DNA of 64,000 bases, taken from the human T2T-CHM13v2.0 reference genome, Homo sapiens. Each line of letters starts with the position of its first letter. Positions within the stretch are counted from its first letter, which is position 1. The notes beneath the pieces were generated by a model. The model had not been told where the DNA came from. It was given only the letters and a program-made list of their open reading frames with translations, and did no database searches. Made by a program: the position numbers and the translations under genes. The DNA is taken from NCBI RefSeq assembly GCF_009914755.1, contig NC_060934.1; one strand, 5' to 3'. Shown piece by piece: positions 1-13,747 of the stretch.

Positions 1-2254
1 ATCACATACTTTAAGGTTCTAGAATGTCCTTTACTTCTACTGGGAAGGTTTAAAACTCAACCTTTTAGTAGTTAGGTAGAGGCAGGAGGAGTTAGAGGAA
101 ATAAGTGTATGCATTACATTACTCTTTTAGATGATTTCTCTGGCCTGATATCTAGAAGCTTTTCTCATCTTCTTGTATTTTTCTACCCTGTCTTTTTTAC
201 AGAATGCACCTTAAAATAACAAAAAATGACACGTTCTCCAACAGCTTAGTCTGAACTGGAGGAATTTTAATCCTAAGAAAGGCCAAAGTATTCCAGATAG
301 AGGAAGAATTTGCATGGTGGACTCAATTAATAATGGATATCTTGAGGTCTCCTGAATTACATATATACACTTGAAAAATAATTGTGCTCATTAATTTTGG
401 AGCAAACAAATTCAACTTTCATCTTTAAAAAATCTACTATGGTTTGTAATTAGGTAACAAAATGCACTGTTCTCCAAATTCAGCAGCAGTTTGCTCACTG
501 TCTAGATGTTTCTTCCTATCAAGTGAAAGCTATATTGCCTTTTAAGAGTTGATCACAGAAGTGAAAAACATCACCAGACTAGTTAAATCCAGACACAGGG
601 AATGGAGGTAAAAAAGAATCCTTTAAAAAAGCTATTATCCATACAAGAACCTTCTTCTCTGAAGATTTTGGCATCATGAAGGAACTTATCTGTCTGCCTC
701 AACTGTCATAAAATTGCACGTTGTGAAACAGGAAGCCAGAGCTAGAGGGAAGCAGAGAAGGGGGCTGGGTGATTTCCTTTTGCAAACACAAAGACCTTCC
801 TTCGTTGGAAGGAAAAGAAAAAAAACAAGCCAGAAGCTGAAGTTGGTGGGTTTGAGGGCTTGCAAATGCAGGCAGCTGAAACTTTGTAAACAGTTAGCAT
901 AAAACTCATTTTTAATCTCATAAACTTAATTTTTTCCCCTAGCATATGGGATGCATAAAAAGGAAATAAAACTTTAGTAAATTGAGCCTTACTTGTGCTT
1001 TATAAAAAAGAAATTGAATTGCTCTAATGGCAGCTGCAGCTGGCTTTCAGCTTCAAACAACCAGTGTAAATCTAGTTTTTAGTGCTTGATTTAGTAAACA
1101 CTCAGCTGCAAACAGGCTTCCACAACAGCTCTGAATGCAAGGTTTTCTGTAAAGACTGTTATGTAACCTCTGTGTGTTATGTCTTTAAAATATGTGAAGG
1201 AGAGCAGAAACCTTGATTGAGATATCTTACAATTATTCTTTCCTCTATATTTAAAGCTGCATAGACTTTGCTACTCATTATACATAGAGCTAGCACGAAT
1301 GGATCCTAACAGGCCATGAATTTAAATTTATGTGCACTAGTCATTAAAAATAAACAAAAGTAGAGTACTAATAATGGTCTGGGAAGCCATAGTTGAGTTG
1401 GACACATTGGTTGGTTATCTCAAAGTGATCATCACAGCTTGTTTGTGGCTCTGCCCTTCTCTGAGCCTTATGTCAGGCTCCCACACATTGAAGAGCCTTG
1501 AGGAATCATATTCTGCTTGGCAAAGGCTGCATGTGCCCGGCTTACAATTTTTGCTAAAAATAGGGGGAAAATCTTGTTCCTGATGAGCAAGATGAAATGT
1601 CCAACTGTTTTTAAATGGATGCATAAATAACTGTTGAGATTATAATGCTAGTCTATCTAAAATATTTCCTAGTGACCTGGACTTAGAGGGGGATTTGTAG
1701 CGTTCTGGTGGTTGTCACTTTTCCCATCACTAGATACCAACAGGTAGACAAAATGAGAGTTGGTATCTTATGGCATTCTTGCCAAAGGAACTTTTTAAAA
1801 GAATCCTGGGAAGGATGGCCAGGGTTAACCCTGGGAACAATTTTGAATTAGGATAAATCTGTGTCTGTTTCTTTCTCCCTTGATTGTCTTCCAATACCTC
1901 AGTCTTATTTTTAGCTGGCTGTCAACCAAAACTACCTAAGGCATTAATTGATAAGTATTAAGGTACTCCATTTCTCAGGGGTATTTCCAATTTTAAAAGA
2001 GACTCGTGAATGTGGAAAAGTCCTAAGACCCCCAATTTGGGATGTTTGCACGACAGGTTCTGGGGTTGATCTGGGTAGAGGGCAACTTGTTCTAAGGCTG
2101 GCTCTGGGCACAATGGCCGGAGTTTCGAAAAGTAAATTTACACACACCCTTTTTCTTTTTTCCCACCATCTGGTTGTTCAGCTGCCAGCAACTGGAGCTA
2201 TTAAACAAATGGGGACTTTAGGAAATTTGAAAACCAGACTGCTGCACAGTATGG

Positions 2255-2445
2255 TAGGTGGAGAGAGAGTCAGCAGTGATGCCTCTACTTGTGGCTTGCT
2301 GTTACCAGCTGAGTGACCTTAAGGAAGTCACTTCAACTCTCTGAGCTTCCGCCTGGCCTTTGGTTTCATAAAATCATGAAAAAGCACAATGAAAATGCAC
2401 AATGAAAACTGTAAAGTACTACACAATTGCGAGATCCTTTGATTA
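2255..2445 (+). mobile_element. MIR fragment
   Basis: Degenerate MIR core GAGTGACCTTAAGGAAGTCACTTCAACTCTCTGAGC near 2311-2346; boundaries approximate. Confidence 0.6.
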
Positions 2446-2822
2446 TTCAAGGCAGTGAAGGGTACGTACATAATAAATAGTAGCTTCTTATTCCCAGGGA
2501 GAGGGTAATTATCACCTTACCATTGTGATTCAGAGAAATAATGTGAGCAAGTAACAGATCTTGTTATATCTGTAGATGAAAGTCTGGAACTTGCAGAAGA
2601 TTAGATCACTGACTATTCATACAATTTAAAAGGATGGAAGCATTACAGAAATTAAAGAGAAAACATTAAGGTGAAGACACTGGGCTATTCCAGTGTAATC
2701 TGTATCCTGTAGCCTGAATCCCCTGCCAGGGGTTCAGATAATACCAGGTCTCTTTTTAATATTCAAGTTAATCACCCAAGAGCCTACCTGTTTATATTGG
2801 AGGTATATATTGTAGGTACAGC

Positions 2823-3101
2823 TTATTATTATTACTATTTGAAACAGGGTTTTACTCTGTCACCCAGGCTGGGCTGCAGTGTTGTGATCCCTGGGCTCAG
2901 GTGATCCTCTCACCCCAGCCTCCCAAGTTGTTGGGACTACAGGCATGCACCACCATGCCTGGCTAACTTTTTTGTATTTTTTTGTAGAGACAGGGTTGCA
3001 CCATGTTGCCCAGGCTGGTCTCGAACTCCTGGGCTTAAGTGATCCACCTGCCTCCCCCTCCCAAAGTACTGGGATTACAGGCATGAGCTACCGCATCTGG
3101 C
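2823..3101 (-). mobile_element. AluJ-like SINE with small internal deletion
   Basis: Antisense Alu body with (TTA)n tail, J-type CTCCTGGGCTTAAGTGATCC; lacks the GGCTCACTGCAGCC segment. Confidence 0.9.
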
Positions 3102-4152
3102 TATCTTATTTTTCTTTAATTTTTTTAAATTACATTTTAAATGAAAAACTGTACACATGTGGTTTAAAAAGTCAAGATGGTAGTAAAAGATCTATTACAA
3201 AATTCAGCAGTGTTCTGACTCACTCCTTCTCACTTTTCCCAGGTCCCCTCTCCAAAGACAACCACTTCCAGCTCTTTTAACTTCCTTTTGGCATTTAACA
3301 TCTCCAAAGTTCCAAACACTACACATATATTTCTATATTTTGATTTGTCCATTCTAGACATCATCTATTGAATTCTTATTGTAGGAAACATAACTGGCTT
3401 TCTACACTGCCTCCATTTTGCTTCCTTTTTCTCATTCTCCCAATATAGTCCAATTACAATTTTGGTTAAATCAGTATTGTTGTCATTGTAATATTTTTTT
3501 ATAACTGAGTGCTGTAGTATACTATGATTGTTTTTTCTTTCCTTCCTTTATATTTTTCTTAAAGTTAATAATGCCTTTTTTATTTGTTTAGTTTTCTTTG
3601 TATCTATTTTTAAGTATTTCCATCTTTTCTAATGGCTGTTTTTAGTAAAATATTACACAAAGCTATTCACAATAGCCTACCTATCAGTTTCCTTTTGTAT
3701 TTTTTGAGAAACTGCCTCTAGAGACCTTTCTTCTTACTTCTAGGCTGGCTAGATAGTAGTCACACCTTTGGATTACTTTTGCTCCTGTTCCAGGCCTTGG
3801 TGGGCTTTCTGAACCTTTTTTTTTTTTTTTTAAAAAAAAAAAACAAAACAAAACAGAAATGTTTTTTCTAACTCTTTTTTGTTAAAATTAGAGAATATCC
3901 TCCAGGAGTTTCGTCTAGGTTGAATGATTTTATAGTAGCAGAGGGAATCAGGATGATAGCCCCAGCATGCCAATCATCTGAATCACACAATTTCATTCAT
4001 TATCTCTACTTGATGGGCATTCTATTATCACTAGGCAACTCCCTTTACCATTGTCTTGAAAATTCTTTTTTTTTTTTCTCTCTCCTGGTGTGAGTCTTCT
4101 CTTTCGTGTAGCCTACATATTCTTAGTTTACTCCCTCACTCTGGTGAGGTCA

Positions 4153-4486
4153 TGGTATGGTTTGACTGCCCCCTCCCAAATCTCAACTTGAATTGTATCT
4201 CCCAGAATTCCCACATGTTGCGGGAGGGTCACAGGGGGAGGTAATTGAATCACGGGGGCCAGGCTTTCCTGTGCTATTCTTGTCATAGTGAATAAATCTC
4301 ACAAAATCTGATGGGTTTATCAGGGGTTTCTGCTTTTGCTTCTTCCTCATTTTTCTCTTGCCACTGTATGTAAGAGGTGACGTTTGAGGCCTCCCCAGCC
4401 ATGTGGAATTATCAATCCAATTAAACCTCTTTTTCTTCCCAGTCTCACATACGTCTTTATCAGCAGCATGAAAACGAACTAATACA
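4153..4486 (+). repeat. THE1A 5' LTR
   Basis: TGGTATGGTTTG...CTCAACTTGAATTGTATCTCCCAGAATTCCC...AACTAATACA. Confidence 0.92.
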
Positions 4487-6038
4487 GTAAATCGGTACCA
4501 GTAGAGTGGGGTGTTGCTGAAAAGATACCCGAAAATGTGGAAGTGACTGTGTAACAGGCAGAGGTTGGAACAGTTTTGAGGGCTCAGAAGAAGACAGGAA
4601 AATTTGTGAAAGTTTGGAACTTTGCCCAATATCCTGATAGTGATATGGACAATAAGGTCCAGGCTGAGGTGGTCTCAAATGGAGATGAGGAACTTGTTGG
4701 GAACTAGAGTAAAGGTGACTCTTGTTATGTTTTAGCAAAGAGACTGGTGGCATTTTGCCCCTGCTCTAGAGATTTATGGAACTTTGAACTTGAGAGAGGT
4801 GATTCAGGGTATCTGGTGGAAAAAAAACTTCTAGGTAGCAAAGCATGTAAGGGATGACTTGAGTTCTGTTAAAGGCATTCAGTTTTATAAGGGAAGCAGA
4901 GCATAAAAGTTTGGAAAATTTGCAGCCTGACTATGTAATAGAAAAGAAAAACCCATTTTCTGGGGAGAAATTCAAGCTGGCTGCAGAAATTTGCATAAGT
5001 AGCAAAGACCCTAATGTTAATCTCCAAGACCATCGGGAAAATGTCTCCAGGTCATGTCAGAGAACTTCACGGCAGTCCCTCCCATCACAGGCTTGGAGAC
5101 CCAGGAAGAAAAAGCCGTTTCATGGGCCGGGCCCAGGGTCCCTGTGATGTGTGCAGCCTAGGGACTTGGTGTCCTGCATCCCAGCCACTCTAGCTGTGGC
5201 TGATAGGGGCCAATGTACAGCTCAGGCTGTGGCTTCAGAGGGTGGAAGCCCCAGGCCTTGGCAGCTTCCATGTGGTGTTGAGCCTTCGTTGCACAGAAGT
5301 CAAGAATTGAGGTTTTCCCAAACCTCCACCTAGAATTCAGAATATATATGGAAATGGCTAGATGACCAGGCAAAAGTTTGCTGCAGGGGTGGGGCCCTCA
5401 TGGAGAACCTCTGCTAGGGCATTGCGGAAAGGAAATGTGGGGTCAGAGCCCCCACACAGAGGCCCTACTGGGGTACTGCCTAGTGGAGCTGTGAGAAGAG
5501 GGCCACCACCCTCCAGACCCCAGAATAGTAGATCCACTGACAGCTTGCACCCTGCACCTGGAAAAGCCGCAGACACTCAATGCCAGCCTGTGTAAGTAGC
5601 CAGGAGGGAGGTCGTACCCTGCAAAGCCATAGATGCAGAGCTGCCCAAGACCATGGGAACCCACCTTTTGCATCAGCATGACCTGGATGTGAGACCTGGA
5701 GTCGAAGTACATCATTTTGGAGCTTTAAAATTTGACTGCCAGCCTGGATTTCAGACTTGCACGGGCCCTGTAACCCCTTTGTTTTGGCCAATTTCTCGCA
5801 TTTGGAACGGTTGTATTTACCCAATACCTGCACCCCAATTGTATCTAGGAAGTAACTAGCTTGCTTTTGATTTTACAAGCTCATAGGCAGAAGGGACTTG
5901 CCTTGTCTCAGATGAAACTTTGGACTGTGGACTTTTTGAGTTAATGCTGAAATGAGTTAAGACTTTGGGGGACTGTTGGGAAGGTATGATCGGTTTTGAA
6001 ATGTGAGAACATGAGTTTTAAATGAATCAGGGGCAGAA

Positions 6039-6383
6039 TGATATGGTTTGGCTGTGTCCCCAACCAAATCTCAACTTGAATTGTATCTCCCAGAATTCCC
6101 ACATGTTGTGGGAGGGAGCCGGGGGAAGTAATTGAATCAAAGGGGCCTGTTCTATTCCTGTGATAGTGAATAAATCTCATGAGATCTGATGGGTTTATCA
6201 GGGTTTCCGCTTTTTGTTCTTCCTCATTTTTCTCTTGTGGCTGCCATGTAAGAAGTGCCTTTCACCTCCTGCCATGATTCAGAGGCCTCCCCAGCCATGT
6301 GGAACTAGAAGTCCAATTAAATCTCTTTTTCTTCTCAGTCTCAGGTATGTCTTTTATCAGCAGCATGAAAACAGACTAATACA
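6039..6383 (+). repeat. THE1A 3' LTR
   Basis: TGATATGGTTTGGCTGTGTCCC...GACTAATACA. Confidence 0.92.
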
Positions 6384-6930
6384 GGGCATCTTCAATAGCT
6401 TCCTGAGAAAGTGTGCACGAAAAGCACATCTTTTGAGACCTTACATTTCTAAAAGTGTTTTAGTTCTACCTCCCCTCCAATTTATGGCTGAGTATTGAAC
6501 TCAAGGTTGGAAGTAATTTTTCTTCACAATTTGGAAGGCATTGCTCCATGGTCTTCTGGATTCCAGGGCTAGTGTTGAGAAGTACAAAGCCATTCTGAAT
6601 CCTGCTGCTTTCCACGTGGCTTCTTCTCCCTCTCTCTTTCTTTCTAACTTGCAGAAGCTTTGTAAAACTTATTTTTGGCAGTATTCTGAACTGATGTGCC
6701 CTTGGGTGAGTCTATTTTGTTCCACTGTGCTGGGTACTCAATAGACCTTTCAAAGTAGAAGCTGATATCTTTTAGCTCTGAGAAATGTTGCTTATAATCT
6801 TATCTCCTGTTTTCTTGGTTCTTTCTAACCATCCCATAATTTTGATGTTGGACTTCCTGGACTTGTGTTCTAATTTTCTGACTTCTCTGGTTGTTCTTCT
6901 CTTTAGATTTTCTCCTGGTTTCGGGGTTTT

Positions 6931-7238
<308 letters not shown>

Positions 7239-7785
7239 TGGTTTTGGGGTTTTCCAATCCTTATGTTAAATTTAAAGAGAACACTTTTTATTCTCTGAAT
7301 GCTCTTTTTTGGAGGATTCTGTTCTTGCTTTATTAATGCATTATCTTTTCTTGTGCCTCTGAGTATAGGAGTTACGGTTTTTGTTTTCAAAGTATTCTTT
7401 TCCTTGCATTGTTTCAGTTTCCTTGTAGTTGCTTTTTTTTTTTTTTTTTCTGTTTGTTCTCATCTTTATCTTTCATGTAGGTTTCCTCATACTTTTGGTA
7501 GCTCTTGCATGTCTGCTCATGATAAAGATTAGGGGCCTGAAAAACGGATTAGGGTCTCTGTGAATATGGTTGTACTTGTCGACTTTGAGCTTCATTGTGG
7601 GATCATGCTCACACGGGTCATTTGTTTGCAGAGGTCTTACTGTCAGTATCATGAAGGCTTTTTCTTTTCCTCTCTTACTATTTTGCTAGACTTCATGATT
7701 TTTTTTTCCTTTTTGCTAAAATTTCAGGATTTACATAGTAGCATGCACTGCAGTATCTTATTATAATGCTGCGCCTTTGAATAAC

Positions 7786-8083
7786 TTTTTTTTGAGACAA
7801 GGTCTTGCTCTGTTGTCCAGGCAGGAGTGCAGTGGCACGGTCATGGGTCACTGCAGCTTTGACCTTCCAAGCTCAAGTGATCTTCCCACTTCAGCCTTCC
7901 CAGTAGTTGGGACCACAGTCATGCCCCACCACGCCTGGCTAATTTTTTTTTTTTTTTTAATTTTGTAGATACAACGTCTTTCTATGTTTCCCAGGCTGGT
8001 GTCAAACTACTGGGCTCAAGTGATCCTCTCACCTCAGCCTTCCAAAGTGCTGAAACTACAAATGGGAGCCACCAGGCCAGGTC
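7786..8083 (-). mobile_element. AluJ-like SINE
   Basis: Antisense dimeric Alu; TSD TTGAATAACTTTT at 7777-7789 and 8084-8096. Confidence 0.92.
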
Positions 8084-9139
8084 TTGAATAACTTTTGTTG
8101 CTGAGTAAGACATTTGAGAATCTTGTTTCTTTTGTCTTTTACTGACCTTCTATGCTACTTAACTATACAATGTGGCTTATTACATAGAGTCTCTTGGTAT
8201 TATATTCTTTCTGAAAAAGATATTTTTTTCCCATTGCAAATAAGACAAACAATGATGTCTTTAAAACAAAAGAAGTATTTCCTAGTCTCCTTACTTTGAA
8301 ACACATGATTTTCATCAACTGCCTTTCTTTTCTTGGCAACAGCCTTTTGGAAAATTGACAGACTCCACTCACACCATCCCCATCCATTCTCCCACCATCT
8401 GCCTTCCTTCCAAGCTTAAAGAGACGGATATCTACCTACAAGGCAAATCCAATCAACCATTATCCTCCAATTGCCAGACCCTGCTAGTGGCACATCCATC
8501 AGTACATGAACTGAATATGTCACAGAGTGTATCAAAGCTAAGGTAGGTGCCTGTCCCACCATCAGTTGAATGAGAAGGTTTCTGATATCAGAAATTGGGC
8601 TACCCTGCTTTGCCAAGACTCTCTTTTCCAATCTCTCAAAGGCAGATAATAACACTAATGGACAATGTGGCCATGAGCATTAAAACAAATCATTAGGCTG
8701 GAGGCTTCTCATCAGTGCTTGAGGGCAATTTCACCACCTGGGGCTTTCCGAGAAGGCTTTTGAAGGCTCTGAAACATGCTCAGTCTGCAGGAGTATGCAG
8801 GCACCCACCGTGCCCCAAGATATGGACTGTGGAGCGTTCATTGTCTCAACAATTACTCACTGCAAGGTATTTTCTTATGGAGTTGTTTTTGTTCCCCCTA
8901 AAATATTATTACAGAAAAGAAAACTGCATTTGATTCCTAGTGTTGTTTTAAGAGTTCAGTGCTAGCAAACTGCCATATTCATTCTATTCTCTCTTTTCAA
9001 CCAAGGATTGTGTCAGATGGACTCCAATAAATGGCTTTACAGTGGTGCATACCATGCACACACTAATTACAGACCAAACATGTCTATTTAATGAGAAAAA
9101 CAATCCTAATCTGGGAAGATGGTGCCATTGCATGAAAAT

Positions 9140-9725
9140 ATCATGGATTCTAGTGCCAGATTAGCCTGGGTTGGAGTTCTGTATCTGTCCTTTACATCAG
9201 GGGTTCCCAGCCCCTGGCTGTGGACCGGTACTGGTCCGTGGTCTGGTACTGGTCCATGGTCTGTTAGGAAGGGGCCACGCAGCAGGAGATGAATGGCAGG
9301 TGAGTGAATATTACTGCCTGAGCTCCTTCTCCTGTTAGATCAGGGGTGGCATTAGATTATCATAGGAGCACAAACCCTATTGTGAACTGTGTACATGTGA
9401 GGGATCTAGGTTGCACGTTCCTTATGAGAATCTAATGCCTGATGATCTGAGGTGGAACAGTTTCATCCAAAACCATCCCCCAGCCCTTGTCCACCCCCCA
9501 GCCCATGGAAAAATTGTCTTCCACGGGACCAGTCCCTGGTGCCAAAAACGTTGGGGACTGCTGCTGTACATGTTTGAACTTGTGGGGGTTACCTGGCCTA
9601 TTTGGACTGCATTTTTTTGGTCTAAGATGGGGTTGATAACCACTTTGCAGTATTGATGTGACTATGCAATGAATTTATGATCATAAAGTACCTGGTACAT
9701 AATTGGTGCTCAATAAATATTCATT
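9140..9725 (+). mobile_element. MIR, split by MER1B
   Basis: MIR 5' part before 9198; 3' end CCTGGTACATAATTGGTGCTCAATAAATAT near 9691-9720. Confidence 0.65.
9198..9563 (-). mobile_element. MER1B-like hAT-Charlie MITE
   Basis: TIRs CAGGGGTTCCCAGCC / GTTGGGGACTGCTG; 8-bp TSD CTTTACAT (9190-9197) / CTGTACAT (9564-9571); internal 18-bp tandem duplication GGTACTGGTCCRTGGTCT. Confidence 0.88.
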
Positions 9726-10371
9726 TTCCTTTATTCTGTTATAAAACCATTTTCTGTTTTAATATATTTATTTTAATAATATGTTAAATATACTTAAATA
9801 AGTGTGTTTATTGCAAGATAATACCAAATAGTTGTCTTTGGTAATATTCTGAATTTCATTTTAAGCTTTCCACACATTGCCTTGAGTTAACTTTTCAAGC
9901 ATGGTGTAAGTCACAGGGTTCCATATTGTAACCACCATTGTGTTGGTGGGATGGGTTGCTCACTGGCCAGGAGATGGGCACTATGCAGGGACAGACAGCC
10001 TCAGGCTCTCTTCCTTGTTTGCTGCTGCCATTTCTCAGTGACCCCAAAAGTTACCACTGTAAAGGCATCTCTCCCACAAACAGACTTTTCCTACCCTGGA
10101 GTGAGGTGGACACAAAGGAAAGAAATACCATTACTGTATTAGTTACAAATATATGCATGTTAAGTTCTCTTTCCCAGGTATTATTTGTGTACTTTGTTTA
10201 TTAGTTAAAGTGAATCTAACAGTGCTTTCAGCAGCATTCCTTTTATTATTCTGTCTCTCTATGTATTTGTATGATCTGATATTTTCTCCCTCCAGGCATT
10301 TGTTCTTAATTCAGGTATCTTTCACCATTTTTGGTGGGGGAGCTGGAGGAAGGGATTTCAATCAGTTTTGA

Positions 10372-10729
<358 letters not shown>

Positions 10730-11137
10730 CATTGATCTTTTAAATGAGACATTTTATTAAAGCCTCATCATGCTCCATCCATAAGATCCATCCTAGTGAC
10801 AGAAACTCCAGTCAACTTCCAGGCACTCATCCAATAGTACCAGGGTAGAAGGGCAATATGTTTATTAGGATTGTCTTAAATTACAGTTTGAATTGTAAGT
10901 AGACCCTCAAATATATCATTATATGTATTCAAATTATGTTAAATTACAACTAGAATTTTTAAGTAGACTCTCTTAATATCTGTTAAAGACCTCTGCCACA
11001 CTTAAAAAATATTTTAAGCAATTATAGGGCATTTGGGAGAGAGTATTTAGTTCAGCTTTCTTCTTAAATAGATTCAAAGAGTCTTTCCCCCTCCCCATCT
11101 TTATTGAAGTTTAATTGACAAATAAGATGTACAGCTT

Positions 11138-11298
11138 GGGGCGATGTGGTAGGCGCCTGTAGTCCCAGCTACTCGGGAGGCTGAGGCAGGAGAATGGCGT
11201 GAACCAGGAGGGGCGGAGCCTTCAGTGAGCAGAGATCGCACCACTGCACTCCAGCCTGGGCGACAGAGCGAGACTCCGTCTCAAAAAAAAAAAAAAAA
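11138..11298 (+). mobile_element. 5'-truncated AluY (right monomer only)
   Basis: GGAGAATGGCGTGAACC...GACTCCGTCTC plus poly(A); TSD AAGATGTACARCTT at 11124-11137 and 11297-11310, so the truncation occurred at insertion. Confidence 0.9.
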
Positions 11299-11549
11299 GA
11301 TGTACAACTTCATGTTTTTCTATATGTATACATAGTTAATAATACTGTATGGTATACTTGAAGTTTGCTAAGAGGGTAGATCTTCAGTTTTCCCAGTTTT
11401 TGGTGACAATCATTGACCTACATCCCCTCTACACACACACACAAACACACAAAGACAAAAAATACAGAAAAAATAGTAATCATGTGAATTTTGTGGATTT
11501 TTTTTAAAGGGTAGAAAGAGGGAGGTAACAAAAAGGCCATAAAAATGCC

Positions 11550-11594
11550 TGTGTGTGTGTGTGTGCGTGTGCGCGTGAGTGTGTGTGTGTGTGT
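11550..11594. repeat. Interrupted (TG)n microsatellite
   Basis: Direct reading of the sequence. Confidence 0.95.
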
Positions 11595-11904
11595 ATTTGT
11601 GTGTTATGTATACAGCCGTGTCCAAATTGCTTTTCAAAACACACTGTTAGACTCTCCCTAGGCCTTGGTGGAAACAGGGTCAGCCAGGAATAAGGAAAGG
11701 CCAAGAGCTCTGTCTTCAGTTGGCTCCTTTCTAAAGACGTCTCACACTTTAGAAAGACGAAGGTCTCCATGATCTTTTCCTGTTATGGTTCGTTCTTGGT
11801 AACTCCCTTTTATTCAGCAACCATTAGGCTTAGAAGCCATGCAATAACAATGAATCAATAAGTTATTTATTTTAACTGTTTATAAGAAAATGATAAAGTA
11901 GAGA

Positions 11905-12100
11905 ATTAGAATAGGTGGTAGTTAAAACCACAGGCTTCAGAATGAGACAGATTTTAATCCCTTACTAGCTGTGCAGTCTTTGTACATTTTTAATCTTTAA
12001 TTTCTTATCTAAAAAATTGGAAAGAATAATGGTTCTCAAGTTACAGAATAATGAGGAGCAAATGAAATAATTATTATATATTATATAATATCTCAATACA
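11905..12100 (+). mobile_element. MIR fragment
   Basis: GGTAGTTAAAACCACAGGCTTCAGAATGAGACAGA...TTACTAGCTGTG. Confidence 0.6.
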
Positions 12101-12259
12101 AATTAATGTTTTAATGAGAATTTTAATAAATTATTTTTATCCCTTTAATGACCATATCAACATTTTATTAAACATCCCTTATGATACCTTTCTATGTATG
12201 TAAGTTCACAAGGATATGGAAATCATTTTTTAATGTAAATAGGATCAAAGTATACATGC

Positions 12260-12787
12260 TGTGATGGTTAATATTGAGTGTCAACTTGATTGGATTGAAA
12301 GATGCACAGTATTGTTCCTGGGTGTGTCTGTGAGGGTGTTGCCAAAGGAGATTAACATTTGAGTCAGTGGACTGGGAGAGGCAGACCCACCCTCCATCTG
12401 GGTGGGCACCATCTAATTAGCTTCCAGTGTGGCCAGAATAAAGCAGGCAGACATTGGAAGAACTTGACTTGCTGAGTCTTCCAGCCTTCATCTTTCTCCC
12501 ATGCTGGGTGCTTCCTACCTTGGAATACTGGACTCCGAGTTCTTCAGCTTTTGGACTCTTGGACTTACACCAGTTGTTTGCCAGGGGCTCTCAGACCTTT
12601 GGCCACAGACTGAAGCCTGCACCGTTGGCTTCCCTACTTTCGAGGCTTTCTTGCTCCTCAGCTTGCAGATGGTCTACTGTGGGACTTCACCTTGCAATCA
12701 TGTGAGTCAATACTCCTTAATAAACTCCCCTTCATATATACATCTGTCCTATTAGTCCTGTCCCTCTAGAGAACCTTGACTAATACA
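12260..12787 (+). mobile_element. MLT2A (HERV-L) solo LTR
   Basis: Starts TGTGATGGTTAATATTGAGTGTCAACTTGATTGGATTGAA and ends CTCTAGAGAACCTTGACTAATACA; length about 530 bp suggests MLT2A2. Confidence 0.9.
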
Positions 12788-12789
12788 CC

Positions 12790-13745
12790 GGCTATTCTCT
12801 TACCTGATTTATTCACTAGACTACATGTTGTAAGACATTTTCCAAGTCAAAAATATAAGTCTTCATCATCTTTTCAATGGTTATAGATAATTTTATTTAA
12901 TGTATCTATAATAATTTATATACCCACCCCTCACATGTGAACCATTATTTTGTGTCCATTTTTAAAATTAAAACATTCTGGAATGGATATTCTTATGGCT
13001 ACACTTTGTGTGTGTGTGTACACATGCATTTTTTTCCTGCAAGATAAATTCTAAAGAAGTGAGATCACGGGCTCCTTAAACACTGTTATTTTAACTAAAT
13101 TGGTGCCCTTTAAAAAATAGTTGCTCATCTCTGCTTGACACCAATGCAAAGTGTTGTTTTGATAATTTTCTCATAATGCTCCTTACTAACATATTGCATA
13201 TTCTTGTTTTCATTTATTTTTAATTATACAAGTTATAGAAAATTTTCTGGTAAAAAAACTACACCAATACAGAAAAATTCTTGATGCCATCAATCTCTTC
13301 AAAAACAAACAGATAACCACTGCTATTAGTTTCTATATCAGTAAATGTAGATCTACCCCATCCTTTGAAGCCCTTGTACATAGATATACTATGAAGTAAC
13401 CACGTTCTAAATTAAGGGCATTAAAAATACTTTATAATGTTCACTTTCATAAGTAATGCTCCAGTGAAAATTCTTTATCTACTCCTTATATGCATGTATG
13501 AATATGTCTCAGGAACAAATAACTAGAGTGGAATTGCTGGGCCAAACGGTATGCACAAATGAAGCTTTAATGGATAACTGCACAATTGTCTTCCCACAAG
13601 TATTACAAATGATTCACATTTCAACAACAATGCAGGAGAATTCTCATTTTTTTAGACACTCTTGCCAATGCAAAAATATCAGTCTAAAATATCTTTTGCT
13701 AATTTGATGGGTAAAAGAAATGCTGTTTTATGTTGTATTTTAAAT
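12790..13745 (-). mobile_element. Ancient L1ME-type 3' region
   Basis: Degenerate L1 3' motifs (AACTAGAGTGGAATTGCTGGG; TTTGCTAATTTGATGGGTAAAA). Confidence 0.55.
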
Positions 13746-13747
13746 TA

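Larger units (their letters stand above)
4153..6383 (+). mobile_element. Full-length THE1A (ERVL-MaLR) provirus, LTR-int-LTR
   Basis: Two homologous LTRs ending ACTAATACA; internal region starts GTAAATCGGTACCAGTAGAG; purine tract AGGGGCAGAA before the 3' LTR; 5-bp TSD GGTCA (4148-4152) / GGGCA (6384-6388). Confidence 0.93.

Noticed and set aside
3816-3843. T16-A12 palindrome resembling a hairpin or terminator
   Set aside because: Simple abutting homopolymers; intrinsic terminators are not relevant in this eukaryotic context.
4460-5859. Overlapping ORFs in the THE1 internal region
   Set aside because: Fragments of decayed MaLR internal sequence with no intact ORF.
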